Assembly (NCBI GenBank): GCA_043812875.1
Contig: JBDRLS010000037.1
Coordinates: 1 to 35,088 of the forward strand
Length of the DNA stretch: 35,088 nucleotides
From: Nanobdellota archaeon
GTDB taxonomy: Archaea > Nanobdellota > Nanobdellia > Woesearchaeales > JAHIVG01
Direction: 5' to 3'
The number at the start of each line of letters is the position of its first letter. Position 1 is the first letter of the stretch. The position numbers were made by a program, and so were the translations under genes. This document shows, in pieces, positions 1 to 8,390 of this stretch. Below the pieces are notes generated by a model. The model made no database searches. It was not told the origin of the DNA and saw only the letters and a list, made by a program, of their open reading frames with translations.

Positions 1-2
1 CA

Positions 3-323
3 GCATCATTCTTTTCATGGGCAGAATACACGAACAGTTATTTCTCCTCTGTCGTCCGCATCCAGAAAGACCGCGGACAGAAGGTCTGCCAGGAAGGGCC
101 GTACAAATATATCCGCCATCCAGGCTATGTCGGCGCAAATCTCTTGTGGCCCAGCATGGGCTTGATCTTCGGCTCTGCGTGGTCGCTGATCCCTTCGGGA
201 ATACTCTTTGTGCTCACTATCGTCAGGACCTCTCTTGAGGACAAGACCCTACAGAAAGAGTTGAAGGGCTACAAAGCGTATGCGAAAAAAGTGAAGTATC
301 GGTTATTGCCCGGGGTTTGGTGA
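3..323 (+). CDS. Isoprenylcysteine carboxyl methyltransferase (ICMT/PEMT-like) family membrane methyltransferase, C-terminal fragment (5' end lies outside the window)
   Basis: Absent from the ORF track because it has no Met and is open from the window edge in frame 3. My translation reads ...VVRIQKDRGQKVCQEGPYKYIRHPGYVGANLLWPSMGLIF...SLEDKTLQKELKGYKAYAKKVKYRLLPGVW*. This carries the GPY-x-x-RHPxY and E(D/E)xxL...Y..Y signature of the ICMT family. Stop TGA is at 321-323. The listed ORF 17..238 is an out-of-frame shadow. Confidence 0.75.
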   Translation, partial: ASFFSWAEYTNSYFSSVVRIQKDRGQKVCQEGPYKYIRHPGYVGANLLWPSMGLIFGSAWSLIPSGILFVLTIVRTSLEDKTLQKELKGYKAYAKKVKYRLLPGVW

Positions 324-328
324 GAGAA

Positions 329-1150
329 TTACACTAAGAGTCTATTATGTTCTTCGCGTAGTTCAAAAAGTGTTTCAAGGCAAGTCTTGATCTGGACATC
401 TTCAATCATTTGTTGTAAAGAAGCAAAGTTGCCTGTATCAGTAAGTCCTTGATCAGTTTTTTTACTGGCTTCGCGAACGAACAATAGATTGCCAAAATCA
501 ATATCAATACCATGATCCATTAAGAATCTGTCTCGAAGAGCGCAATACATGCTCATTTCCATGGAAACCGCAAAAACATTTTTTGGAATTTTTCCTTCAA
601 GGGCGTCATAGTAGATGCTGTCTGTTACTCTTGTCATGCCGCCATAGACATTCTGCCCGTCTTTTTTCAATCGATTTGCGGTTTCTATTAGCTTAGCGTA
701 AACATTGGGACTTGCCCAGGCTACATAATGTGGGCCCATGACACTGCTGCTCGCTTCCTCATCCCGATCAACTTTGGTTGTCGCGACAAAATCACCGACA
801 TTAAGGAAATCTTGGTTTGCTCCAGCTGATCCCATGCGAGTACCAAAGATTTTTGGATCTCCCTCTTCGGAATCTGCAGGCAGGCACGCTTCAAGAAGTT
901 CGGGAAAGGTAGCTTGCACGCTAGCGACACCAATCCCTGAGCTGGATGCTGTAACCCCCATCCGTTTATAAAAACCATGAACAGTAACAAATCCTCGATT
1001 CTTTACGGTTTTTACTGGCGGATCCAGATACTTCCGAACCTTTAAAACGCGTCCAGGGTCTCCAGAAGTTAATATATTAGGATGGGCATAGGTTATTCCA
1101 AGATGGACTGACTCTGGTTGTCCGCTATCAAAAGTAATCAATCGTCTCAT
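329..1150 (-). CDS. Nucleoside phosphorylase, PNP/UDP family 1 (uridine or purine nucleoside phosphorylase-like)
   Basis: 273 aa. Motifs: ILTSGDPGRVLKV (GDPxR), NRGF..VHGFYK, SSGIGVASV..FPELL, TRMGSAGA, GDFV, SMEMSMYCAL (EME-like). A TATA-like tctttataaag and a GGGGA SD-like element lie upstream on the minus strand. Confidence 0.65.
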   Translation of the reverse strand: MRRLITFDSGQPESVHLGITYAHPNILTSGDPGRVLKVRKYLDPPVKTVKNRGFVTVHGFYKRMGVTASSSGIGVASVQATFPELLEACLPADSEEGDPKIFGTRMGSAGANQDFLNVGDFVATTKVDRDEEASSSVMGPHYVAWASPNVYAKLIETANRLKKDGQNVYGGMTRVTDSIYYDALEGKIPKNVFAVSMEMSMYCALRDRFLMDHGIDIDFGNLLFVREASKKTDQGLTDTGNFASLQQMIEDVQIKTCLETLFELREEHNRLLV

Positions 1151-1224
1151 AGTTATCCCCTATTGAAAAGGGGAATGAAGAACACTTTATAAAGATTTAG
1201 AAAAAAAGAAAAAAAATAGCTCAG

Positions 1225-1701
1225 TTACTTGGCGAAGGGGCAGCTGCCTTGGCCTTTGTGCATGCCGCGACCTTTGCCCATGCCCTTGCCGAAACCATAC
1301 TCTTCTTCAAGCTCTTGCATCTTCTCAAAGTCGCCGTTCTCCTTGGCTGTGTGCATCTCCACCATGACGTTGAAGGTCTCTTCGTTGATATCAAATTGGG
1401 GTGTGATTTCAGCGTTCTCTAGGGCTTCCTTCCAACCTTGGAAGTCACCTGCTTCAACAAACTCATAGAGCTGCATATGCGCTTCTTTGCGTTCTCTCAT
1501 GCCTTCTGGCATGTCCGCATGGCGCTCTCGAGCCATCTGGAAGTTCTCTTCCGTGATCTGAGCCTCTTTTGCTGCTTTCCAGCCTGGAAAATCATCATTC
1601 TCGACTGCATTCCAAGCATCCTTGTTCATCCAGCCTCCCGCAGACACCAGTCCTACAATCGCAATGACCATCATCGCGGTTATGGCAAATGTTTTTTTCA
1701 A
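1225..1701 (-). CDS. Hypothetical membrane-anchored or secreted repeat protein (three DF-x-GWK/DFEKM units, Gly/Lys/Met-rich tail)
   Basis: 158 aa. N-terminal hydrophobic segment MKKTFAITAMMVIAIVGLVSAGG. Internal repeats DDFPGWKAAKEAQITEENF..H, GDFQGWKEALENAEITPQF..H and GDFEKMQEL. C-terminus GKGMGKGRGMHKGQGSCPFAK. I recognise no family. Confidence 0.55.
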   Translation of the reverse strand: MKKTFAITAMMVIAIVGLVSAGGWMNKDAWNAVENDDFPGWKAAKEAQITEENFQMARERHADMPEGMRERKEAHMQLYEFVEAGDFQGWKEALENAEITPQFDINEETFNVMVEMHTAKENGDFEKMQELEEEYGFGKGMGKGRGMHKGQGSCPFAK

Positions 1702-1821
1702 TTCTCATCACCTCATTATGTTGTGAACAGCTAAAAGTCAGGGTCATTTATAAGGGAGAAGAAGGCGAGATGTACACTTCCAGTCCATTATGTTTAAAAA
1801 GGGCAAAAAGATACTAAGCCT

Positions 1822-2487
1822 ATGCCCTGGCGAAGAATTATACTGGACCCAGCAACCATATCTATTGAATTGGCCTTTTCACTGATAGTGATCCTTCTTT
1901 GCGCCCTGATCTTCTTTAAGACCAAGGAGATGTATTCGCTGACGCATCACAAGGGCATCCAATACTTCCGGCTGTCATTCGTGTTCTTCGGATTGGCCTA
2001 TTTCTTCCGATTCCACTACCTGCTCCATCCGCTGACAAGATACTATTTTGACATCTACATCTCCCATCAACTGCTTATGCCCCTTGCACTAGTGCTCACC
2101 AGCTATGTGAGTTCCATGGCGATCATCTATCTCACCATGAGCCTTTTCTGGAAAAAGCTGGAAGGCAAGATCCTGGTGCATTTCATCCATATGTTCGCCT
2201 TGCTGATCTCCATCGTCATCTTGATCACAGGCTCTTCTGAGGTCCTTACCTATATCCAACTCATCTTGCTCCTCGCAACGATCTATGTCGGTTTCACCAT
2301 GAGAAAGAGGAAGCATTTCTCAAAATTGTTCATCATCTATCTCCTGCTGTCCGTCATCTGGGCGCTGAACCTCATTGTCCTCGGACCTTCATTCCTCCTC
2401 AGGCTTGAATGGAAGCTTGCCATCTATCTTCTTACTGTCGGCATCTTCAGTTTCATTACCTACAAAGTGATCAAATGGACAAATTAG
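1822..2487 (+). CDS. Hypothetical polytopic membrane protein
   Basis: 221 aa with about 6-7 hydrophobic segments. A TATA-like gtttaaaaagg is centred about 27 nt upstream of the ATG. Confidence 0.55.
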   Translation: MPWRRIILDPATISIELAFSLIVILLCALIFFKTKEMYSLTHHKGIQYFRLSFVFFGLAYFFRFHYLLHPLTRYYFDIYISHQLLMPLALVLTSYVSSMAIIYLTMSLFWKKLEGKILVHFIHMFALLISIVILITGSSEVLTYIQLILLLATIYVGFTMRKRKHFSKLFIIYLLLSVIWALNLIVLGPSFLLRLEWKLAIYLLTVGIFSFITYKVIKWTN

Positions 2488-2618
2488 AAATCCCAACCAC
2501 CATAAAGGGCGGGGTATTTTTAGTGCCCGGAAAAATCAAAGATTTTTTGGGCACGAGAAACCATTTCGGTTTCTCTGTGTTCAGATACCCCTTCCCAAAG
2601 TTTGCAGGGAGTTAACCA

Positions 2619-2921
2619 ATGAATATCAACCAAAGGGCATCTAAACAAATAAGAAAGCGGGACAGGCTGGAGGTCATCTTCGATCTCCTCAAGACCATTA
2701 GAGATAATCATAACTCCATCAAGCCGACGCCCTTGCTCCGATATTCAAATCTGTCATCACAAAGCTTTTCTGAATACCTGAAAGAAGTCCTGGATAAGGA
2801 GTTCGTCATCGAGATAACAGACAAGAAAGGAAAGAAATTCTACAGCCTCTCAGTCAAGGGCTTCAAATACCTCGAGAAGTACAAGACCATCATCGGGTTC
2901 ATAGATGAGTTTAACCTTTAG
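2619..2921 (+). CDS. Small winged-helix DNA-binding protein (archaeal wHTH regulator-like)
   Basis: 100 aa: RDRLEVIFDLLKTIRDN..IKPTPLLRYSNLSSQSFSEYLKEVLDKEFVIEITDKKGKKFYSLSVKGFKYLEKY. This has the helix-turn-helix plus beta-wing pattern of small archaeal wHTH proteins. Confidence 0.55.
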   Translation: MNINQRASKQIRKRDRLEVIFDLLKTIRDNHNSIKPTPLLRYSNLSSQSFSEYLKEVLDKEFVIEITDKKGKKFYSLSVKGFKYLEKYKTIIGFIDEFNL

Positions 2922-2941
2922 CAAATGAACAGCCTAATAGG

Positions 2942-3619
2942 CTAAACGATATTCAGTTCATAAAGAAAATGAATGAATTCCCGAGCAATCCTTGCATCCT
3001 GTTTCATCAACTTACGATTGAATATCTGTCTCTTAAAAAGCCAACGGTCGAGAGGAGTGCATTCAGACCAGTGCCTTTGTATCTTATCAAGGAGTTTCCT
3101 ATTCCATTCAGATGGCTTTAAACTCCCATAATCAAATTCCACTACATAAGACTTGATATCCGGAAACACCTTCATGCCTGCCCTGACAACGGATTTGTCG
3201 GCCTCCAGAGGCATGGGATCACCATTGATTCTCTTATAAAATGGGAATTCACCCAATTGGTCATCTTCAGGATCGATCCAGGATGGTAAGGCATAGATGT
3301 CTGAGGGGCCATCACATCGCCTAAAGGAATGGGTATGCAAATCGAGGACAAGAGTTGGTTCCACTGCTGCAACGACCTGTTCAATTTCAGCAATGCTATT
3401 CGTGCAGAAAGTTGCTGACTCCAATCTGAGATTGATTGCAAGACCACTCATGCCAGGGGCGATCATCGGATAGAATAGGATATCATCATCAGGATAATGG
3501 CTGCTATAGTCATCTGCACTTTTTTTCCAGAGAACGTCCTCTCCGATATGTTGCCCTATGAACGCTAAAACGCGGTGATGCGATAATGTTGATGTCGCGA
3601 TCTGATGGGATGAATTCAT
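2942..3619 (-). CDS. Hypothetical protein, possibly an M14/succinylglutamate-desuccinylase-aspartoacylase-like zinc hydrolase
   Basis: The ORF track extends to a GTG at 3664. I prefer the ATG at 3619 (MNSSHQ...) because a TATA box tttataaatatt (3644-3655) sits about 30 nt upstream. The weak motifs GQHIGED (HxxE) and LVLDLHTHS resemble the G-x-HGNE and DLH zinc motifs. The family call is tentative. Confidence 0.4.
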   Translation of the reverse strand: MNSSHQIATSTLSHHRVLAFIGQHIGEDVLWKKSADDYSSHYPDDDILFYPMIAPGMSGLAINLRLESATFCTNSIAEIEQVVAAVEPTLVLDLHTHSFRRCDGPSDIYALPSWIDPEDDQLGEFPFYKRINGDPMPLEADKSVVRAGMKVFPDIKSYVVEFDYGSLKPSEWNRKLLDKIQRHWSECTPLDRWLFKRQIFNRKLMKQDARIAREFIHFLYELNIV

Positions 3620-3643
3620 ATATAATAGGGTAATGGAAAACGG

Positions 3644-3655
3644 TTTATAAATATT
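3644..3655 (-). promoter_or_regulatory. TATA box for the 2942..3619 gene (near-leaderless)
   Basis: The minus strand reads aatatttataaa, centred about 30 nt upstream of the ATG at 3619. The MITE target-site duplication starts 2 nt further upstream. Confidence 0.45.
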
Positions 3656-3665
3656 CCTATGCACC

Positions 3666-3786
3666 GGACGCGTAGAAAACCTGGTTCTTTTTGATTAGGG
3701 CGGTGTGCTTTTGTGATCACTCACCTTGTCATCTGCCGCTTAAACGGATCAAAAAGAATTTCACCTTATCGTTTTTCTACGCGGCC
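3666..3786. mobile_element. MITE-like element, copy A (121 bp, terminal inverted repeats, 8-bp target-site duplication)
   Basis: The ends ggacgcgtagaaaac... and ...gtttttctacgcggcc are inverted repeats. An inner arm ttctttttgat pairs with atcaaaaagaa. A perfect direct repeat tatgcacc flanks it at 3658-3665 and 3787-3794. It shows about 92% identity (111/121 by eye) to copy B at 13155-13275. Confidence 0.7.
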
Positions 3787-3905
3787 TATGCACCCGGTTT
3801 TCACTGGATATCTGCTCAGGTGATACTCAAACCGTTCTTCCAATCTTTGAGTTCAACCTGTGATGATCCTCATTCCAGGCAAGAAAAAGATGAGGAAAAA
3901 AAAGC

Positions 3906-4124
3906 CTACTTTGCCTTCTCCGCGGCCTTCCCGATCTGGATCGTCACCAGAACAGCAATGATGGTTACGACAATGGCATAGGTGAGCATGGCCGGAATGC
4001 TGTCCGCCTCACCGAAGAGCTTCTTGAAGATCGCCTGGATTGCGCCGTTCCATGCGAGGGCCGCGACAAGGCCGAAAGCTGCTATTAATAAAGCTGCAAT
4101 TTTTTCAATGACATCTTTTTTCAT
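3906..4124 (-). CDS. Small two-TM membrane protein (hypothetical)
   Basis: 72 aa with two hydrophobic helices (IAALLIAAFGLVAALAW and MLTYAIVVTIIAVLVTIQI). SD-like GGGGGTG lies 7 nt upstream, a TATA atatttataaatac further upstream, and an oligo-T run downstream (A8 on the plus strand, 3893-3900). Confidence 0.6.
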   Translation of the reverse strand: MKKDVIEKIAALLIAAFGLVAALAWNGAIQAIFKKLFGEADSIPAMLTYAIVVTIIAVLVTIQIGKAAEKAK

Positions 4125-4211
4125 GAGTGCACCCCCAAAAAGGTATGCCCTTATTCCTGCAACAGGTATTTATAAATATATCGCTTAGGAGAGAGAACAC
4201 AAAGAAACACC

Positions 4212-4820
4212 TTATAACAGGGGCATATTCACTCCAAGCCTGTTTAAAAGGAAATCGTACAGCGCGATGACAAGGAAGAGGATGATGAAGAAGATCGTCC
4301 ATCGATATCGCTTCAGGAATGTGATGTGCCTTTCCTCCACTTGGTAGGGATCGACGATGCTGTCCGCGAGATAAACAGAAAGATAGGTGCCTAGAAAAGA
4401 GAGGAGGATGATTCCCCCATAGGGAAAGGGAGCATCCAGGATATGCTTGAAGAGAGAGAGCAGGATGCTCTTGTCATAGAGTGAAGGATTGATGAAGTAG
4501 GCATAGAAGTTGAGCATGATGGCGAAGACCCAGACAATGAGTTCAGTGAAGATCATGCGCATGCCCGTGATGAGACGCATCGGGAAATCGATCAGCAAGC
4601 CTGCATCAACGACAGGCGTGCACAGGACGAAGAAAGACCATGTGAGGAAGCTTACCAAGAAACCATCTTTCACGCCGTGGTGAAATGAAGTATAGAGAAA
4701 GTAACCTATTAAGATAACTATAAGGGAGATAAATTTTGTAAGCGGATGTTTATCAAAGCCATGCCGGACAGCTGCAATAAATGCATCTTTCTGTTTCATG
4801 AATCCAAGCAGTTTTGGCAT
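4212..4820 (-). CDS. Hypothetical polytopic membrane protein
   Basis: 202 aa with about 5-6 hydrophobic segments. No recognisable motif. Confidence 0.55.
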   Translation of the reverse strand: MPKLLGFMKQKDAFIAAVRHGFDKHPLTKFISLIVILIGYFLYTSFHHGVKDGFLVSFLTWSFFVLCTPVVDAGLLIDFPMRLITGMRMIFTELIVWVFAIMLNFYAYFINPSLYDKSILLSLFKHILDAPFPYGGIILLSFLGTYLSVYLADSIVDPYQVEERHITFLKRYRWTIFFIILFLVIALYDFLLNRLGVNMPLL

Positions 4821-4881
4821 GTTCCATACCTTGAACCCTCAGCATTTTTAAAAGTATTGGAAAACAAAGAAGAGAATTCAC

Positions 4882-5145
4882 TCAGAGCTTGATTGCTCCC
4901 TCACCGCCGAGGCGCTTCAAGCCTTTGATGAGGGGCAGCCGATTTTTCACTGATTCAGAAAGCATTTCGATTTCTGAAGGAGTTAGGTCAATGATGCCTG
5001 ACGAATTTAGTCCGCGCCAGCATAGGGACACCGACTCTTCTTTAGGATGAAGAAAGTCTTCGTTAATCATGATTTCTTTTAGTTCCCCTGAGCATTCAAT
5101 CCTTGATATGCCATCTTTGTTCGCGTGCCTGACCTTGAGTTTCAT
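4882..5145 (-). CDS. Hypothetical small protein
   Basis: 87-aa ORF with coding-like composition. No recognisable motif. Confidence 0.4.
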   Translation of the reverse strand: MKLKVRHANKDGISRIECSGELKEIMINEDFLHPKEESVSLCWRGLNSSGIIDLTPSEIEMLSESVKNRLPLIKGLKRLGGEGAIKL

Positions 5146-5295
5146 GATATCACCTTCGTATCTATTTCATAATAGTAACTTTCATTAATATGTTTTTTGG
5201 ATATCAACAGTTGCCCACTGGACATCCTCGCGTGAGCTATTTAAAGCTGATCTGAAGACTAAGATTTCTTAGCAACAGCTCTAGGAGGACATTGA

Positions 5296-7407
5296 ATGCA
5301 CGCAACCTTAGTAGATGTCTTTCTGCACAACGGCTATAAAGTCTGGCTCAAGGCAGAGGACAACACAAACATCTTCCTCCACGACAGCTACAAGCCTGTC
5401 ATCTACGTCAGCGATATCCCCCTCGCTGCATTGAAGACCGCGCTGAGAAACCATGGCATCAGCTCTTCCATCACCACAAAGAGAACCATCATCGGAGAGA
5501 ACAAGGCTGTCCTCGGCATCAAGGTGCAGCCAGAGCGCGTCCGCGCCCTTGTCAGAGACCTCGAAAGACGCTATCCGGAGGCGAAGCTCTACCATGCTGA
5601 CCTCCAGGCGGAGCAATACTACTTGTTTGCGAAGAAGCTCACACCCCTGTGCAAGGTCGAAGTGCATGAGCACGAGGGGGAGATCGTGCACATCGAGCGC
5701 ATCGGAGGGGGGGATACGACGCTCAAAGAAACAGATCTTTCTTTCGAGACAAGCTATTCGCTGTACAAGGACTTCGATTGTGAAATGACGTCGTTGCAGA
5801 TCGATGAAGGGGTAAAGGGGGGAACAGAGAAACACATCCTAGAGCAGCTGCAAGAGCATCTCTGCCACCAAGACCCGGACATCCTTCTGCTCAGAGACAG
5901 CAATATCACGTTGCCCTATCTCTCCTACCGCGCTAAGAAACACGACATGATCTTGAAACTCTCAAGGTTCCCGCAGGATATCCTCTTCCATGAAGGCAAA
6001 AGTCACTATAGCTATGGCAAGACTGTCTACCGCCCGAGATCAGTTCTCCTGAAAGGCAGACTCAACATGGATCAGGGATCATTCCTCTACAAGGAAGCTG
6101 GCTTCGCCGGTGTTGCAGAACTCGCCTCATTATGCAAGAGCAGCATCCAACGCTTAGGGATGAGAAGCCCCGGTGCAGGCATCAGCAGCCTGCAGGCATG
6201 GCAGGCATTTCAGGACGGAATCCTCATCCCCTACAAGGAAAACCTGGTCGAGAAGTTCAAGTCTGCAAAAACACTGTTCGCTGCAGACAGAGGAGGCCTC
6301 ATCTATGAGCCTGCTGCAGGCATCCACGGCAATGTCGCAGAGATCGACTATGTCTCGATGTATCCGACGATCATGGTGGTCAACAACCTCTCCCCGGAAA
6401 CCGTACTCTGCAATTGCTGCAAAGAACACATCACTGTGCCTGAACTGAACTACAATGTTTGCCACCGCCGAGGCCTCATCCCGAAGATGCTCGGCGAGGT
6501 GCTGATCCGACGCGCGTACTACAAGAAACATCCCACGCCAGAGAACAAGGCAAAGGCCGTAGCTTTGAAATGGCTTCTGGTGACCTCGTTCGGCTACATG
6601 GGATTCCGCAAGAGCAAATTCGGCAGGATTGAGGCGCATGAAGCCATCAATGCCTTCGCCCGAGATAAGCTCCTCACTGCAATAAAGATAGCTGAAAAAG
6701 GAGGTTACAAGGTGATGCACGGCATCATCGACTCCCTTTGGATTCAGAAGCAGGGCATCCGACTGGAAAAGGTGGAAGAGTTATGTGAGCTCATAAGCAA
6801 ATATACAGGAATCGACATCGCTTTAGAGGGGATGTACCGCTGGGTCGTCTTCCTGCCATCGATCCTCGACGACCGCATCCCGGTGCCGACCAGATATTAT
6901 GGCCTCTTCCACGACGGCACCATGAAGTTGAGGGGCATCGCAATACGAAGATCAAGCGCTCCCAAGATTGTTGTCGACATGCAGCGGGAGATGCTTGACT
7001 ACCTGTCAACATGTAACACCCCGAAAGAATTCCTTGCAGAATATCGAAATGCGGTGAAGCTGATCAGAACATACGCACGGAAGCTAGATGAGGAGAACAT
7101 AGAGGATGTCATCATCCGCATCGGCATCTCGAAACTGGAGTATAAGGCGAATTGCGCACAAAAAGAGGTAGTCTCTAAACTTTTGGAAGAGGGCATCGCC
7201 TTGCATCCGGGGGTGAGCGTTGCCTATGTCATCACGCGCGGCGGCTATGCTCCCGCAGAGTTCTTCCGCGGCAGCATCAACAAGGCAAGATACCTAGAAC
7301 TTCTCGTCAGAGCAGCGTATGAGCTCTTCCAGCCCTTCCTCAGCGAGGATGATGTCTGGGAGGCCTTGCATGGCGAGAAGCAGGCAGTGTTGGAGGCATT
7401 TATATGA
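5296..7407 (+). CDS. polB: Family-B DNA polymerase with degenerate 3'-5' exonuclease motifs
   Basis: 703 aa. Motif A EIDYVSMYPTIM, motif B KWLLVTSFGYMG, motif C VMHGIIDSLW, KxY region TRYYGLFHDGTMKLRGIAIRRS, DPDILLL..LPYL (Exo II region). SD GGAGGA lies 8 nt upstream of the ATG. Confidence 0.85.
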   Translation: MHATLVDVFLHNGYKVWLKAEDNTNIFLHDSYKPVIYVSDIPLAALKTALRNHGISSSITTKRTIIGENKAVLGIKVQPERVRALVRDLERRYPEAKLYHADLQAEQYYLFAKKLTPLCKVEVHEHEGEIVHIERIGGGDTTLKETDLSFETSYSLYKDFDCEMTSLQIDEGVKGGTEKHILEQLQEHLCHQDPDILLLRDSNITLPYLSYRAKKHDMILKLSRFPQDILFHEGKSHYSYGKTVYRPRSVLLKGRLNMDQGSFLYKEAGFAGVAELASLCKSSIQRLGMRSPGAGISSLQAWQAFQDGILIPYKENLVEKFKSAKTLFAADRGGLIYEPAAGIHGNVAEIDYVSMYPTIMVVNNLSPETVLCNCCKEHITVPELNYNVCHRRGLIPKMLGEVLIRRAYYKKHPTPENKAKAVALKWLLVTSFGYMGFRKSKFGRIEAHEAINAFARDKLLTAIKIAEKGGYKVMHGIIDSLWIQKQGIRLEKVEELCELISKYTGIDIALEGMYRWVVFLPSILDDRIPVPTRYYGLFHDGTMKLRGIAIRRSSAPKIVVDMQREMLDYLSTCNTPKEFLAEYRNAVKLIRTYARKLDEENIEDVIIRIGISKLEYKANCAQKEVVSKLLEEGIALHPGVSVAYVITRGGYAPAEFFRGSINKARYLELLVRAAYELFQPFLSEDDVWEALHGEKQAVLEAFI

Positions 7408-7940
7408 TCCTCGTCAAGTCGATCATCGCTAAACCTGGGAAACGGCCAGGGTTGTCAGAGAAAAGAGTCAGAACCTATTTCATCAAGAAAGGCTGCAGAG
7501 TGTGGAGAGGCATGTTCCTCTGTTTCTTCAACAGCACGGATACGTGTTATTACAAGTGGAACTACGGCCTCTATGATGAGTTATGCCAGAAGTTTGTCGA
7601 TCAGATCGGAGTTCAGCAGTTCAAACGCCTCTGTGTCTACTGCCGCCGGAACAAGGGAGCTCCGGATTATATTATTTGGGATGGGAGGAAACTGTTTTTC
7701 GTTGAAGTCAAGCTGGAGAATGAGCAAGTCAGCGATCGGCAGCTGAAAACCATGCACTATCTCTCCCAGTTCTTATCCTGTTGCATTTACCGGGTCTTCT
7801 CTGCAACACGGCAGAGCGTCAGGAGCATCGATGTCGCGCAATACCTCAAGGATGCAGAGAAGGGAGAAGTGAGGCTTTCGGATTATATCAAAAAGCTCGA
7901 ATATAGTCCAGTATTAGTGAAAAAATGGCAAAAAGCTTAA
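7404..7940 (+). CDS. VRR-NUC domain (PD-(D/E)xK) nuclease with a Cys-rich insertion
   Basis: 178 aa. SEKRVRTYFIKKGCRVWRG ... NKGAPDYIIWDGRKLFFVEVKLENEQVSDRQLKTMHYL matches the VRR-NUC pattern (PD...E-x-K...Q). The start ATG overlaps the polB stop (ATGA, 7404-7407). Confidence 0.7.
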   Translation: MILVKSIIAKPGKRPGLSEKRVRTYFIKKGCRVWRGMFLCFFNSTDTCYYKWNYGLYDELCQKFVDQIGVQQFKRLCVYCRRNKGAPDYIIWDGRKLFFVEVKLENEQVSDRQLKTMHYLSQFLSCCIYRVFSATRQSVRSIDVAQYLKDAEKGEVRLSDYIKKLEYSPVLVKKWQKA

Positions 7941-7965
7941 GAATACACACCCATTCCCCCTTTGA

Positions 7966-8388
7966 ATGGGAGGAGGCCTTGATACACCATTACCAGAATG
8001 TCCGAACAGCGTTAGAAATCAAGTCAAGACAGCTGAAGAACTCGCCATCATGGCTGCACTCTGTCCTGATGGCTATGTCGTTGAGATGCTATCAGCATAT
8101 ACTCCGTTTTCTTTTCGCGAACAAGTACGACAGCAGTGGAAGCATGGCACTGTAATAAATGATGCAGTGCTTTCTCATGTCGGGACCTTAGTTGTGAAAG
8201 AAGTTGGTGAAGATGGCGTTAAAGGAGATTTTACTCTCGCACCTTCAGATAGGGACCTGTCTTCTTATCGAAACAAATCGCATGAAACGACCGTTGATTA
8301 TAGAACCCATAACATGATAGATTTTAATGGTAAAAAGGGATCGGGCTTAACATTTCTTGTCCACCGAAGAAAACCTTCTGTATGGTAA
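7966..8388 (+). CDS. Hypothetical protein (orphan)
   Basis: 140-aa ORF directly downstream of the VRR-NUC gene on the same strand. No recognisable motif. The start is uncertain; an alternative is Met29 at 8050. Confidence 0.4.
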   Translation: MGGGLDTPLPECPNSVRNQVKTAEELAIMAALCPDGYVVEMLSAYTPFSFREQVRQQWKHGTVINDAVLSHVGTLVVKEVGEDGVKGDFTLAPSDRDLSSYRNKSHETTVDYRTHNMIDFNGKKGSGLTFLVHRRKPSVW

Positions 8389-8390
8389 AC

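Noticed and set aside
3666-3786. The possibility that the 121-bp MITE-like repeats are non-autonomous derivatives of the IS630 element at 34130.
   Set aside because: IS630/Tc1 elements duplicate a TA dinucleotide, whereas both repeat copies carry 8-bp duplications. I also saw no similarity between the repeat termini (ggccgcgtagaaaacc) and the sequence upstream of the IS630 orfA.
3691-3981. 96-aa TTG-start ORF spanning MITE copy A and the 3' flank of the small membrane protein gene.
   Set aside because: It starts inside the 121-bp repeat, and the homologous repeat at 13155 carries no equivalent ORF. It also runs antisense into the 3906..4124 gene and has no promoter or motif support.
5308-6720. 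Long antisense or alternate-frame ORFs inside polB (5308..5835 minus, 5453..5788 plus, 6154..6720 minus, 6173..6448 plus).
   Set aside because: They lie entirely within a gene that has clear family-B polymerase motifs. Their translations are Arg/Ser/Leu-rich with no motifs, which is typical of shadow ORFs in moderately GC-rich coding DNA. The same reasoning applies to the shadow ORFs inside purF, purD, eif2g, the antiporter, the PGM/PMM gene and others.
5296-8388. The possibility that polB marks a casposon or a protein-primed plasmid or virus.
   Set aside because: The neighbourhood has no Cas1, terminal protein, capsid or packaging genes, and no flanking inverted repeats. The polymerase also has the long N-terminal domain of cellular archaeal PolBs rather than a protein-primed type. 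This cannot be fully excluded without phylogeny.
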